Shown: positions 34,967 to 45,781 of the stretch, piece after piece
Layout: each line of letters opens with the position of its first letter
How positions within the stretch are numbered: the stretch's first letter is position 1
Notes under the pieces: generated by a model
Database searches by the model: none
The model's input: the letters and a program-made list of their open reading frames with translations, nothing else
Told to the model about the DNA's origin: nothing
Program-made: the position numbers and the translations under genes
Origin: Candidatus Saccharimonadota bacterium
GTDB lineage: Bacteria; Patescibacteriota; Saccharimonadia; Saccharimonadales; Saccharimonadaceae
Assembly (NCBI GenBank): GCA_013333495.2
Contig: JABCOR020000006.1
Span: 11,021-75,020, forward strand
Length of the DNA: 64,000 nucleotides
Reading direction: 5' to 3'

Positions 34967-36211
34967 ATGATACAACAAAATACAGAGCAGCCCCCGTTTT
35001 GGTTTGAGGTGCACAGTCGATTACCTGGCCGACACGGGCGAACGGGTGCGATCCATACGCCGCATGGAGTTATTCAGACCCCTGCCTTCATCCCCGTTGG
35101 TACGCAGGCTACCCTGAAAGCGCTTACTCCCGAGCAGCTGGCGGCGACTGGCGCGCAGGCTATGCTAGCCAATGCCTACCATTTATATTTGCGGCCAGGT
35201 GCCGAGATTGTTGACCAAGCGGGCGGGCTAGGTGCGTTTGCTAATTGGCCAGGGCCTACCTTCACCGATAGTGGTGGCTTTCAAGTGATGAGCCTGGGCG
35301 TTGGTTTTAAAAAAGTGATCGACATGACCGGCCAAGAACAAGGTCAGCACGCTGCAAAAAAAGATAAGCTAGCCTGGATTGATGATGATGGCGTTACGTT
35401 TAAGTCGCACCTCGATGGTAGTCGGCACCGTTTTAATCCGGAAGTGTCAATGCAGATTCAGCATCAGCTTGGCGCTGATATTATCTTTTCGTTTGATGAG
35501 CTGACGACGTTGCACCATAGCTATGCATATCAGGTTGAGTCGCTAGCTCGGCGTACACATCCTTGGGCTGAGCGCAGTTTGCGGGAACATAAGCGCCTCA
35601 CTGCAGAGCGCGCTGATAAGCCATATCAAGCATTGTTTGGCGTTATTCAGGGGGCAGATTATGAAGATTTGCGTCGACAGTCGGCGCGGTTTTATGGCGA
35701 GCGTGATTTTGATGGCTTTGGTTTGGGTGGCGCGCTGCGCAAGGAAAATATTGGCCAAATCGTAGGTTGGATGTGTGATGAATTGCCGGAGGCTAAGCCA
35801 CGCCATATGCTGGGCATTTCGGAGCCAGATGATATATTTGCCTGCATTGAGGCGGGTGCCGACACCTTTGACTGTGTATCCCCTGCTCGAGTGGGGCGAA
35901 ATGGGGCGCTATATTCACCGTATGGTCGAATTAATATTACCGGTCGCCGCTTTAAAGATGATTTCCGGCCATTTGATGCAAATTGTGATTGTTACACCTG
36001 CCAGAATTACAGCCGAGCATATTTACACCATCTGTTCCGCGCCAAAGAGATGCTTGCTGGCACGCTGGCCACAATTCACAATCAGCGGTTTATTGTGCGA
36101 CTAGTGGACAACATTCGACAAAGCATCGCAGATGGTAGCTTCGATGAACTACGGGCCAAGGTACTAGCTGAGTATTACACACCAGCTGCAGAACGACCCC
36201 AGGGCTGGTAG
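34967..36211 (+). CDS. tgt: queuine tRNA-ribosyltransferase
   Basis: FTDSGGFQV, catalytic-Asp blocks, Zn site CDCYTCQNYSRAYLHHL. AAGGAGG RBS. Confidence 0.93.
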   Translation: MIQQNTEQPPFWFEVHSRLPGRHGRTGAIHTPHGVIQTPAFIPVGTQATLKALTPEQLAATGAQAMLANAYHLYLRPGAEIVDQAGGLGAFANWPGPTFTDSGGFQVMSLGVGFKKVIDMTGQEQGQHAAKKDKLAWIDDDGVTFKSHLDGSRHRFNPEVSMQIQHQLGADIIFSFDELTTLHHSYAYQVESLARRTHPWAERSLREHKRLTAERADKPYQALFGVIQGADYEDLRRQSARFYGERDFDGFGLGGALRKENIGQIVGWMCDELPEAKPRHMLGISEPDDIFACIEAGADTFDCVSPARVGRNGALYSPYGRINITGRRFKDDFRPFDANCDCYTCQNYSRAYLHHLFRAKEMLAGTLATIHNQRFIVRLVDNIRQSIADGSFDELRAKVLAEYYTPAAERPQGW

Positions 36212-36287
36212 CTCCCTCTGTTATATAGACTGACCCTATTGCTAAATGCTCATGGCAATACCCGGTAAAGCTGGTATAATAGACTTC

Positions 36288-37538
36288 ATGAAAGTGAAGA
36301 TACAGATTGATACACAGACATTTGTGCGCTTCTGGCTGGTGGTAATTGGGTTTGCGGCTGCAGGTTGGTTACTATTTACTGCTCGGGAGGCGCTTACTAT
36401 TATTGGCGTTTCGTTTTTCCTAGCGATTGCCCTTTCTAAACCGGTGGCAACGCTCGCGAAGATGCTGCCAAACCGTAGCCGAGTAGGCGGCACAGCTATT
36501 GCCTTTGTGCTTATTGTTGTTGCACTTGGCATTTTTGGCTTTTTGGTGGTACCTCCAATCATTGAACAGACTGCTAAGATTGCAAGCACTGTGCCGTCTT
36601 TAGTAGAAAATGCTCAAAATCAGTGGCATGGGCTATCTGGTTTGGTGGAGCGGTATCATTTAGAACCGCAGGTAAACCAAGCGGCAGAGTCGGTGCGTTC
36701 AAGTGTCGTGACTATAGCGCAAGGTGCTGGCGGTATGCTGGTAAGTGGCATTGGGTCGGCGGCATCACTGCTAACGGCTAGCTTGCTTGTGCTTGTGCTT
36801 ACCTTCCTGATGCTGGTGGAAGGTCCGGTGTGGGTTGATCGTATCTGGCTGCTATACACTAATCGTTCGCGAATGCTCTACCACCGGGGGCTGCTCGACA
36901 AAATGTATAATGTGGTGACAAACTACGTAAATGGTCAGCTACTTATCTCAATGATTGGCGGCTTGAATGCTGGGTTAGCGGTATTTATTCTTAGCCTATT
37001 TACTGGTATTCCTGCCAATCTTGCGATGCCGGTTATTGCACTTACCTTTGTGCTGTCACTTATCCCAATGTTTGGTGCCACTATCGCTGGAGCGCTGGCT
37101 ACTGCGCTGCTTGCGCTGAACGATCTAACGGCGGCGGTGATTTATGTCATCTTCTTTATCGTATATCAGCAGCTTGAAAATAACTTGATTGCTCCTGTGG
37201 TGCAATCTCGTTCAATTAATCTTTCAGCTTTGGCGATTTTAACGGCCGTAACAATCGGTACCTATATGTTTGGTATTGCGGGCGGTATCATCTCGATCCC
37301 AATCGCGGGTTGTATCAAGATTTTGCTCGAGGATTACGTCGCACGTCGGCGGTCTGCTCAGGCCAAAACAAAGTTAAAGAAAGCTATTGCAAAAGTGGCA
37401 AGAGGCGAGTCGGCAGCTGCTACCGAAGAGGCTACTCCTGCCGGTGAAGTTGAGCATGAAGCTGGTAGTAACCAGAAAGTAAAAGCCGCTTCTGGTAAAA
37501 AGAAGCATAAAAAACACCGTGGCAGTGCATCAGCTTAA
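36288..37538 (+). CDS. AI-2E family transporter (PerM/YhhT-like permease)
   Basis: Eight predicted TM helices with the typical loop after TM3. Trimmed to MKVKIQ. TGGTATAAT lies 7 nt upstream of the ATG. Confidence 0.75.
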   Translation: MKVKIQIDTQTFVRFWLVVIGFAAAGWLLFTAREALTIIGVSFFLAIALSKPVATLAKMLPNRSRVGGTAIAFVLIVVALGIFGFLVVPPIIEQTAKIASTVPSLVENAQNQWHGLSGLVERYHLEPQVNQAAESVRSSVVTIAQGAGGMLVSGIGSAASLLTASLLVLVLTFLMLVEGPVWVDRIWLLYTNRSRMLYHRGLLDKMYNVVTNYVNGQLLISMIGGLNAGLAVFILSLFTGIPANLAMPVIALTFVLSLIPMFGATIAGALATALLALNDLTAAVIYVIFFIVYQQLENNLIAPVVQSRSINLSALAILTAVTIGTYMFGIAGGIISIPIAGCIKILLEDYVARRRSAQAKTKLKKAIAKVARGESAAATEEATPAGEVEHEAGSNQKVKAASGKKKHKKHRGSASA

Positions 37539-37639
37539 GCGGGTGAATTAGCTAGTAGTGTGGTGCCGCGTTAGAACTACGGCATATCAATACCCCTTAC
37601 TAAGTCAGTAAGGGGTATATAGTTTAGTGGGGGTGCGGC

Positions 37640-39121
37640 CTAGGTGAGCCAATACCACTGGCTGCCGTTGGCTGTATCTCGCACGGCAATTTTTTGCTCG
37701 GCCAGAGTATCGCGAATCCTGTCTGCTTCGTGCCAGTCTTTGCGCGTGCGGGCGGCTTCCCGTTTGGTGATAAGCTGCTGCAGCTCTGGCGTAATATTAC
37801 GCGATGAAGCCCGCAAATCAAGGCCAAGCGTGCCGTCGATCATACGCAGAAAAGCATCAAAGGCTGCGGCTGACAGTGTTGCCGGGTCTGCCTTTTCGAT
37901 TGCGTCAATAGCGGCATCGACCACCGTAAGTGCTGCTGCGGTATTAAGGTCTTGCCAAAGCGCTGCACTAAAGTCATGAGTAAATGTGCTAAAAAAGGTA
38001 TCGTGCTGTGCGGCCTGTAGCGCTAGGGCAGTGTCTGTTGCTGTGGCGGTTTCATCCAAAAGCTGGCCTGTTTGCCAGCGCAGCGCACTTGCTTGTCGCC
38101 AGTGTGCAAGGCGTTGCCCTGCCGCATGTATTGTATCATCAGAATAGAGTGTACTTTTGCGGTAGTGAGATTGCAGCACTAACAGACGAAAAGCCAGCGG
38201 GTCAATGCCTTTTTCGGTTAGATCGCGCAGGGTTAAGAAATTATGCAGGCTTTTACTCATTTTTTTGCCATCTACCAAAATATGCTCGTTGTGCAAAAAG
38301 AGTGCTGCATAGGTGGCGTGCGGATCATCTGCCAGTGCGGTACTTTGCGCAATTTCGTTTTCGTGGTGTGGAAAGGCCAAATCGATGCCACCGGTGTGAA
38401 TATCAAATGGTAGCCCCAGGCTCAATTGGCTCATAGCCGAGCATTCAATATGCCACCCCGGACGGCCTGCGTAGTTAGTGCCGTCAATGACAAAATCCCA
38501 GGCTGGCTCCCCTGGCTTTTGCAACTTCCACAGCGCAAAATCATGGGCGGCGTCTTTATCGTACTCATCATTGTTAATGCGCTGCCGCTTATCTCCTTGG
38601 CCTAAGTCTAGCTCGGTGAGCTGGCCATAAGTTTTGCCCGACGCCTGGTAAGCTGCAATTGAAAAGTAAATACCATCGTCGGCAGTATAGGCGATACCTG
38701 CGTTCACTAGCTTGGTAATGAGTGATTGCATCGCTGCCATGGCTGGTTGACTCGTGGCGCGAATAAAGGTGTACGCGCTCGTGTCGTTACCGACTGTTGT
38801 CATGTCTTGCAAAAATTGTTCACCAAAAAATGTAGTCACATTAGCTAGTGCTTTATTTGGAGCAGCTTCAGGGTACATTTCAGCGCTACGGCGAATGGTT
38901 TTGTCATCCACATCGGTAAAGTTCATCGTGTGTTGCACCTGAAAGCCTGCTAGTTGCAGGGCACGCCGCAACGTATCGGCTGCGATAAAAGCACTTAAGT
39001 TGCCAATATGGACGTAGTCATATACGGTTGGTCCACATGAATAAATGCGGAATGTATCCCCCGCCAGCGGTGTAACTGGCGCGACAGTTTTTGTTAAAGA
39101 GTTGTATAAGGAAACGCTCAT
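37640..39121 (-). CDS. cysS: cysteine--tRNA ligase
   Basis: HIGN and KMSKS class I signatures and a CysRS-type Zn-binding Cys. Confidence 0.95.
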   Translation of the reverse strand: MSVSLYNSLTKTVAPVTPLAGDTFRIYSCGPTVYDYVHIGNLSAFIAADTLRRALQLAGFQVQHTMNFTDVDDKTIRRSAEMYPEAAPNKALANVTTFFGEQFLQDMTTVGNDTSAYTFIRATSQPAMAAMQSLITKLVNAGIAYTADDGIYFSIAAYQASGKTYGQLTELDLGQGDKRQRINNDEYDKDAAHDFALWKLQKPGEPAWDFVIDGTNYAGRPGWHIECSAMSQLSLGLPFDIHTGGIDLAFPHHENEIAQSTALADDPHATYAALFLHNEHILVDGKKMSKSLHNFLTLRDLTEKGIDPLAFRLLVLQSHYRKSTLYSDDTIHAAGQRLAHWRQASALRWQTGQLLDETATATDTALALQAAQHDTFFSTFTHDFSAALWQDLNTAAALTVVDAAIDAIEKADPATLSAAAFDAFLRMIDGTLGLDLRASSRNITPELQQLITKREAARTRKDWHEADRIRDTLAEQKIAVRDTANGSQWYWLT

Positions 39122-39204
39122 AAGGTCCTTTCGTTGTCATGGTTAGCTTCGCTTGGCCCGGTGAAGTTCGCGGGGTGCAGCAGCTTGGCACGCTTCCGAT
39201 GCGG

Positions 39205-40248
39205 CTAGGCTGCCGCAGTGGTACAGGCGCGCTGCAAGGCAGCATCTGTAGCTGCTATGAGCTCGCGCAGCCCTGTCTCGTATGATTCATAAATTCGAAA
39301 ACCTGCCACATAGGCGTGGCCACCACCACCGAAAGCCCCGGCAATGTCATGCGCAATCGGTAGGTTGGTTTTAACTTTCCCTGTTAGTTTTTGGTCTGGG
39401 TAGGTTTTGATAGCTACGCAGACTTCCACGCCATCCACTAGGCGCATCTCATCGATAACCAGTGCACTTGGGTTGTATTGGTCGCTATACGCACGAATAT
39501 CTTCCCAGGGCACGTGAACGATAGCCAGTTTGCCATCCAGGTAATACTCAATGCGCTGCAAGAGCTCGCCTTTGTAGGCCAAAATTTCTGGAGCTTTTTT
39601 CATAAATTCGCGGCGTCGCTCTTCGATTGCTGCATTGTTGGCACCCAGTTCGACGAACCGAGTTGCCGCGGCGAACGCAGCTGCATCAGCACTTGGTGTA
39701 CTGAGCCCTAGGCTATCGCTCATCAGTGCGATAAGTCCATTTTCGGCGGCTTCAGCTGATAGCTTCCACCCGGCGTACTCTGCCAGCTGCAGTACCACCA
39801 TCGAGGTAGCGGCTGCTTCTTGGTGTAGCATGGTGGCTGAAAATGGTAAATCGCCTGCTTCAAGGTGATGGTCTATCACGAGCACCGGCCGAGTTTGTAG
39901 CCAGTGAGCGACCCCCGGCTGGTCAAGCGTTTTAGAAAGTAATACCTGCGCTGAAGTGTCGACGATAATGGCTAAATCGGCCTGCATATTGAAATCTGCC
40001 TCCACGCGGTCCCAGCCACGGATGTAGCGCAAGTATTTAGGGATTTCAACTGGGCAATGTAGTGACACATCTTTTCCAAGGTCGCCTAATATATGTTCAA
40101 GCAGCAATGCCGAGCCAAGACTATCTCCGTCTGGGTTTTCAGCCTGAATAATGACAATCGACTGCGCAGCATCTATCATGTCACGAGCGTGTTGTAGCTC
40201 GCTGACTAAGGGCGCTGGTACTGTGGTTTGGTGGGCTTCTTTTGTCAT
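39205..40248 (-). CDS. nrnA: DHH/DHHA1 phosphoesterase (NrnA-like nanoRNase/pAp phosphatase)
   Basis: DHH motif VIDHH and DHHA1 motif GGGGHAYVAG. Confidence 0.8.
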   Translation of the reverse strand: MTKEAHQTTVPAPLVSELQHARDMIDAAQSIVIIQAENPDGDSLGSALLLEHILGDLGKDVSLHCPVEIPKYLRYIRGWDRVEADFNMQADLAIIVDTSAQVLLSKTLDQPGVAHWLQTRPVLVIDHHLEAGDLPFSATMLHQEAAATSMVVLQLAEYAGWKLSAEAAENGLIALMSDSLGLSTPSADAAAFAAATRFVELGANNAAIEERRREFMKKAPEILAYKGELLQRIEYYLDGKLAIVHVPWEDIRAYSDQYNPSALVIDEMRLVDGVEVCVAIKTYPDQKLTGKVKTNLPIAHDIAGAFGGGGHAYVAGFRIYESYETGLRELIAATDAALQRACTTAAA

Positions 40249-40256
40249 GGTATACC

Positions 40257-40874
40257 TTATGTAATAATGCTGCGTCCTTGCAGTGCATGTGAGAGGGTTA
40301 TCTGATCGGCATATTCAAGATCAACGCCGATTGGCAGTCCTCGTGCAAGGCGGCTAATGGTAATGGTGACGCCGTGATCTTTTAGGTATCGCTGCAAAAA
40401 TAAAGCGGTAGATTCGCCTTCGACCGAGGCGTTGGTTGCGATAATCAGCTCACGCACTTGGTCTTGCTTAATGCGAGTAAGCAGCTCTGGAATATGCAGT
40501 TCTTCTGGGCCAATGCCATCAATTGGGCTGATTGCCCCGCCAAGCACGTGGTAGGTTCCCTTAAACTGCCCAGTGCGCTCAAGCGCAATAACATCAAGTG
40601 GCTCTTCCACTACCGCTACAGTGGTTTTGTCACGAGCTTGATCGGTGTATAGCGGCGAGATAGCTTCATTGCTATCGATCAGCGCAAACGTAACTGGGCA
40701 AGTTTTAACGCCAGTTTGCAGATTGGCGACTGCCCGAGCTAGTTGCTGATTGCCCGATTCGGCTCGGCGCAGCAAAAAATACGCATATCGCTCTGCGGTG
40801 CGTGGGCCGACACCAGGTAGGTGCCCCAGCTCATCGATAAGATCAGCCAGGGCTTTAGGTAGTTGCTGCGCCAT
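40257..40874 (-). CDS. recR: recombination protein RecR (zinc-finger cysteines mostly absent)
   Basis: HhH motif LPGVGPRTAER and Toprim block IIATNASVEGESTA. Only one Cys where the C4 finger is expected. Confidence 0.88.
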   Translation of the reverse strand: MAQQLPKALADLIDELGHLPGVGPRTAERYAYFLLRRAESGNQQLARAVANLQTGVKTCPVTFALIDSNEAISPLYTDQARDKTTVAVVEEPLDVIALERTGQFKGTYHVLGGAISPIDGIGPEELHIPELLTRIKQDQVRELIIATNASVEGESTALFLQRYLKDHGVTITISRLARGLPIGVDLEYADQITLSHALQGRSIIT

Positions 40875-40892
40875 AATTGCTAGGCTAACTGA

Positions 40893-41183
40893 TTAAAATG
40901 GCAGCTTGCCGAGGCCTCCAAGCATTGGCTGAATTTTATTTTGGGCAACAGTTTGTGCCTGTGTAAGCCCATCACGAATACATGACTTCACGAGGTTATT
41001 AAGTTCTTCAGCGTTTTCTGGCTTAAGAAATTCTGGGTCAATCTCCACGCTCTTGATTTCCATAGCAGCGTTAAACCGCATGGTAACTTCTGGGTTTTCG
41101 TCGCTTGATACTACTTCAATAATCTCTTTTTTAAGCTGTTTTTGTGCATCGTATAGTTTTTTGGCCATTTTCATCTGGTCCAT
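40893..41183 (-). CDS. ybaB: YbaB/EbfC nucleoid-associated protein
   Basis: 96 aa. Classic dnaX-ybaB-recR neighbourhood. Typical C-terminal GGLGKLPF-type tail. Confidence 0.85.
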   Translation of the reverse strand: MDQMKMAKKLYDAQKQLKKEIIEVVSSDENPEVTMRFNAAMEIKSVEIDPEFLKPENAEELNNLVKSCIRDGLTQAQTVAQNKIQPMLGGLGKLPF

Positions 41184-41240
41184 AGGTACTCTCCCTCTGT
41201 TTGGTTATTGTCTTGCTCAATGCGTATTATTATAGCGCAG

Positions 41241-42734
41241 CTACTGCTGACGGTAAAGGTAGAAGCGGTCGGCTTCTTTTTGGCGATCGTTTACTAAAAT
41301 ACGCTTCAATTCCCCGCTTGGCGAGTGGCCAGTAAAGGTGGCCTGGCGCTCGATAATAACCGTGCCGTCCGTGCCAGCCTGGGCTTCGGCATCGTCGATT
41401 GAGGTCGCAACGAGCAGCTGCTTGCCGTAGTGAGTTTGCCCACGGTCTGCTAGTACGCGGTAAAAGTCTGCATGCTCATCGGTCACCAGAAGTACTACTT
41501 TTGCAGTAGAATCTCGGCTTAGGTGCGAGTGTAAGATCGGGATATCTTGTGAGTAGCCGTGGGTGAGAACAGGGTCATAGCGGTAGCCGTAATTGAAACG
41601 TTGCAGCCCGATTAACACCGTTATTGCGGTAAGACATAAAATAAGCCCTAGTCCAAATACGCGTGGGTATGGGTTGCGTGGAAATAGTGTATACCAGCGT
41701 TCAAATAGCCAACTTAACCCTGCTGCTGAGAACATAATGAGCGGGATGAAAAACAGCGCAGTTCCCTCTTCCGAAAGTAGCAGTGGAATCATAGCAAGCG
41801 CAAACCAGGCTAAGAAAAGGTGTGATCGAATTGCGTAAGAGTGGCGCATAATTTGCACGAACCCGAGGAGCGCTAATGCCATCACGCCAATGCTAATAAT
41901 TGGTATGATCAAGTGGCCACCTGTTGGTGATAGCGATAGGCGATAGGTTTCAATAAGATTGTTCCAAACCTCTACCGGAGAACGCAGCGGCAAGTGAATA
42001 CCGAGCAGTTGTCCGAGCAGCCCCGGCTGCTTGATGATAGACACGCCAAGCGGTAGAGCTGCTACTGCAATGAGTAGCACGGTACCGATAAGTGATACGC
42101 GCGAGGCGCGCTTAACGCGGAGACGCTGCGCTGGGTGTGAAAACAGAGATAGTGCTACGGCACCATAAAAATAAATCATAAGAGGCGTATATAAGCTTAG
42201 CCCGACGCAAGCAGCTAACACCAGGCCAAGTGCTCCACGCGTGAGCTGGTGTTTAGCTCTCATGAGGCTTGTGGCTAGCGCTAGAATAAGCGCCGGCCAA
42301 AAGATACTCATAATATACGGGGTGCCATTTTGAGCTAGCACGGCGAACTGCCCAGTAGTGAGCGTGATAACCGCAATAAGTAGGGCCGTAGCATCTTTAA
42401 ACCACTGCCGCAGCAGCATGAAAATAAGTAGTGCGAGCGTTGCGCCAATGAGGATTGAGGGTAGCTTAATGGCAGCAAGGCGCACCCCAAAAAAGTGAAG
42501 GCTGGCCTGCTGCAACAGATGATACGGAGCATTTACCAGGTCCCCAAAAGAAAGCAGCTGGCTCAGCATGGTGTGGCTTTTGACAACCGATGTTTGCTCT
42601 CCCTCAGTGAGACCTCCCGGAATAAATAGCCAGGCGGCATATAGTAGGGCCATAAAAGCAATGAGTGCAAAAAAACTGCCGATAATGAAACGGTATCGAT
42701 ATAAGAATAGTGATTGCAGGCTACGTTGTTGCAT
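41241..42734 (-). CDS. polytopic membrane protein, GT-C (ArnT/PMT-like) glycosyltransferase candidate
   Basis: At least 10 TM helices followed by a soluble C-terminal domain. The functional call is by architecture only. Confidence 0.5.
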   Translation of the reverse strand: MQQRSLQSLFLYRYRFIIGSFFALIAFMALLYAAWLFIPGGLTEGEQTSVVKSHTMLSQLLSFGDLVNAPYHLLQQASLHFFGVRLAAIKLPSILIGATLALLIFMLLRQWFKDATALLIAVITLTTGQFAVLAQNGTPYIMSIFWPALILALATSLMRAKHQLTRGALGLVLAACVGLSLYTPLMIYFYGAVALSLFSHPAQRLRVKRASRVSLIGTVLLIAVAALPLGVSIIKQPGLLGQLLGIHLPLRSPVEVWNNLIETYRLSLSPTGGHLIIPIISIGVMALALLGFVQIMRHSYAIRSHLFLAWFALAMIPLLLSEEGTALFFIPLIMFSAAGLSWLFERWYTLFPRNPYPRVFGLGLILCLTAITVLIGLQRFNYGYRYDPVLTHGYSQDIPILHSHLSRDSTAKVVLLVTDEHADFYRVLADRGQTHYGKQLLVATSIDDAEAQAGTDGTVIIERQATFTGHSPSGELKRILVNDRQKEADRFYLYRQQ

Positions 42735-42793
42735 AAATATATCTATTAGTATACCATGCTGCCTGTAAAATACCTATGCTTTGGCTGCGCATA

Positions 42794-44152
42794 TTAGTCG
42801 TGGGTTTTATCAAGCGACATGAAGCGAAGTCGCTCTGGGTGGAAGTAGAGGTTTACTGTGCCAACCGGTCCGTTACGGTGTTTGGCGATGATTAGCTCGG
42901 TAATATTCGCTACATCTGGATTGTCTGGTTCATAATACGCTGGACGGTAAATGAAACTCACGATATCGGCATCCTGCTCGATCGATCCAGACTCGCGCAG
43001 GTCTGAAAGCATTGGCTTTGGCGGTGTACGTGACTCAACGGCACGTGATAGCTGACTCAGTGCAATAACCGGTACATTTAGCTCACGAGCAATAAGTTTT
43101 AGCCCACGCGAGATTTCACTAATTTCTTGCACGCGGTTGCCGTTATGGTTGCCGTGGCTTTGCATAAGTTGCAAGTAGTCGACGACGATTAACCCGATCT
43201 CTCGCTCGTGGGCAAGGCGGCGGGCTTTTGTGCGCAGCTCTAGCACGGTAAGGCCTGGTTTGTCGTCAATGTAAATTGGTGCTTCTGCCATTTCTCCCAT
43301 AGCCTCAGAGAGCCGCGCAAAATCCTCATCGCTGAGGTTTCCAGTGCGAATATTCCAACTATCTACCCCACTTGCATCGGCTAGCATGCGGTCTACCAGC
43401 TGCTCTTTACTCATCTCAAGGCTAAAGAATAACACCGGCAATCGTTCCATAGTCGCGACATTGTAGGCCAAGTTGGTCACCAGCGTGGTTTTACCCATTG
43501 CCGGGCGAGCTGCCAGTACGATCAGGTCACTACGCTGCAATCCGGCGGTAATATTATCAAGATCTCGAAATCCGGTATGCAAGCCGCGCAAGCTACCTTT
43601 GTTGCGGTGTAATTCTTCCATACGATCAAAGCTATCGTTCAAAATCGACTCAATGCTAATAAGGTCTTGCTTCAACGTTTGGTCGCTTACAGCAAATAAT
43701 TCGGCTTCTGCTTTGCCGAGCAGCTCTTCGGTGTTACTGGTTTCATCATAGCTAAGCTGAGAGATGTCGCTGCTGGCTTTAATAAGTCGTCGGCGCACTG
43801 CTTTTTCAGCGATCATAGTGGCGTACGCTTCGGCGTGAGCGGCCGTTGGTACATAGTTTGTTAGTTCACTTAAGTAGCTAGAGCCGCCAATCATGGTTAG
43901 CTCTTCTTTGCGGCGTAGCTCATCAGTCAGAGTGAGCAGATCAACTGGGCTATGTTTTTCAAAAAGCCGCAGCATTGCAGCATAGATACTGCCATGACGC
44001 TTCTCGTAAAAATCGTGCGCCTTAACCAGCTCGGAAGCATCAGCCAGCACTTCTTCATCAATCAAAATAGCACCGAGTAAGCTTTTCTCGGCTTCAATAT
44101 TTTGTGGTGGTAATTTGCCGGCAGGTGTTTGTTGCGCTTCGTGTGCTGTCAC
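42794..44152 (-). CDS. dnaB: replicative DNA helicase DnaB, GTG start
   Basis: PPQNIEAEKSLLGAIL N-terminus, Walker A ARPAMGKTT. GGAG 7 nt upstream of GTG. Confidence 0.95.
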   Translation of the reverse strand: MTAHEAQQTPAGKLPPQNIEAEKSLLGAILIDEEVLADASELVKAHDFYEKRHGSIYAAMLRLFEKHSPVDLLTLTDELRRKEELTMIGGSSYLSELTNYVPTAAHAEAYATMIAEKAVRRRLIKASSDISQLSYDETSNTEELLGKAEAELFAVSDQTLKQDLISIESILNDSFDRMEELHRNKGSLRGLHTGFRDLDNITAGLQRSDLIVLAARPAMGKTTLVTNLAYNVATMERLPVLFFSLEMSKEQLVDRMLADASGVDSWNIRTGNLSDEDFARLSEAMGEMAEAPIYIDDKPGLTVLELRTKARRLAHEREIGLIVVDYLQLMQSHGNHNGNRVQEISEISRGLKLIARELNVPVIALSQLSRAVESRTPPKPMLSDLRESGSIEQDADIVSFIYRPAYYEPDNPDVANITELIIAKHRNGPVGTVNLYFHPERLRFMSLDKTHD

Positions 44153-44154
44153 AG

Positions 44155-45684
44155 TTATGCTCCAATTTCTTCTTCTAGGGTAATTTCAGTGCCGCCTCCC
44201 ATGAGGGTTGCGATTGCGGCTAGTTTAGGGTCGCTTGGCGGTTTTGCCTCAGCACTAATAGTCACGTTAACCTGCTCAGCACCAAGCTGCTGCAATGCTT
44301 TGTGAATCGTCTGCAGATATTTGCTATCGGCTAGTTTATTAGCAAAAAACTTAGTGCCAGCATAAATGGTTAGTTGTGGTTTGTCGTAGTGCATATGGCT
44401 ACGGCTTAATATGCCAGCCAGCGCCGGCATGAGCTGGCGAGTCTCAGTAAGTACCGCGGGCCAATCGAGTTCATCTGGCGCAGCGGCTGCAGTATTCTCT
44501 GCTGACACCTCAACTTCTTGGGGTTTTGTAGCTTCGGCTGGGCGTTGTGGCTGGCCTGTGGCTTCCTGCGTGGTTGGTGGCTGCGCTTCGGGCCGGGCGG
44601 TATCATGTTGCGCGGCTGTGGCAACTGAAGCTTGCGTAATTTGTGTGGTGGGTTGGCTACTTTTTTGAGGCGGATCTTGACGTGGGGCGTTCTCTGGCTC
44701 TGGTGATTGCGGTGGCTGAGACGCACGCGAAGCCTGCGTGTAGCCTTGGCCAAATATAGCAGCTAGCTCCAGAAAGACAGTTGTTGCACCAGCGCGTACG
44801 CGTAGGAGCTTTGTTAGCAGCGGCAATACGTCAAGCTGGTGTGATAGCTCCTGCTGAATCGTCCATAGCAGCTGTGATAGCAATGTTTGTGGGCTAATGC
44901 CCTGTTCGCGCAAAGTAAATAGCAGTTCAATTGCTCGCCCTGGATCTTGGGGATACGATGCCAGCAGTGCCATAACCGTTTCGCGTGGCGCTAGGCCTAG
45001 CAATGATTCGATATCTGTGTGCGTAATAGGAGCACCGGGCTCACTAAACCCTGCCACTTGGTCGAGCATCGTAATCGCATCACGAAACCCACCTTCAGCT
45101 CGTTCTGCAAGCAGTAGTAAAGCCTCGTCATCAATGTTGATCTGCTCCGCCTCGGCAATTGTGCGTAGATGTTTGGCGATCACCGGTGGCTGAATAAGGT
45201 GAAAATGAAACTGCTGGGTGCGGCTAATGATAGTCGGAGGAATTTTCTCAGGGTCGGTTGTTGCAAAAATAAACACGACATGCATCGGCGGCTCTTCGAG
45301 TGTCTTTAAGAGTGCATTAAAGGCCGACTTGCTAAGCATGTGAACCTCGTCGATAATGTATACTTTTTTGTCGGCAACTACCGGTGCTATCGGTACTTTA
45401 TCAAGCAGCTCGCGAATGTCTTCTACGCCACTACGGCTGGCGGCATCGATCTCAATAATATCAAGATGAGTGTCTTCATTAGTGTATGGCAGCTTGGTAA
45501 TCTGGTGCGCCAAAATACGCGCCACTGACGTTTTACCAACGCCACGTGGGCCAGTTAGTAAATAAGCATGCGCAATATGGCCAGCAGCCAAGCTTTTAGC
45601 TAGCAATTTAGTAATATGATCCTGCCCCACGACGTCGTTAAGCGTCGTGCTGCGATACATTCGATATAAGGCCCGTTCACTCAT
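44155..45684 (-). CDS. dnaX: DNA polymerase III subunit gamma/tau
   Basis: Walker A GPRGVGKTS, DEVHMLS, SRTQ sensor. Pro/Gln-rich linker. Confidence 0.93.
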   Translation of the reverse strand: MSERALYRMYRSTTLNDVVGQDHITKLLAKSLAAGHIAHAYLLTGPRGVGKTSVARILAHQITKLPYTNEDTHLDIIEIDAASRSGVEDIRELLDKVPIAPVVADKKVYIIDEVHMLSKSAFNALLKTLEEPPMHVVFIFATTDPEKIPPTIISRTQQFHFHLIQPPVIAKHLRTIAEAEQINIDDEALLLLAERAEGGFRDAITMLDQVAGFSEPGAPITHTDIESLLGLAPRETVMALLASYPQDPGRAIELLFTLREQGISPQTLLSQLLWTIQQELSHQLDVLPLLTKLLRVRAGATTVFLELAAIFGQGYTQASRASQPPQSPEPENAPRQDPPQKSSQPTTQITQASVATAAQHDTARPEAQPPTTQEATGQPQRPAEATKPQEVEVSAENTAAAAPDELDWPAVLTETRQLMPALAGILSRSHMHYDKPQLTIYAGTKFFANKLADSKYLQTIHKALQQLGAEQVNVTISAEAKPPSDPKLAAIATLMGGGTEITLEEEIGA

Positions 45685-45781
45685 GTGGCTTTAGTATAGC
45701 ATATTGTAGCAGGAGACTCACGTTATAGAAAAAGCACGCCGCATTGGCGTGCCTACTAGTAGGCTTTGAGCAGCCTTATCA

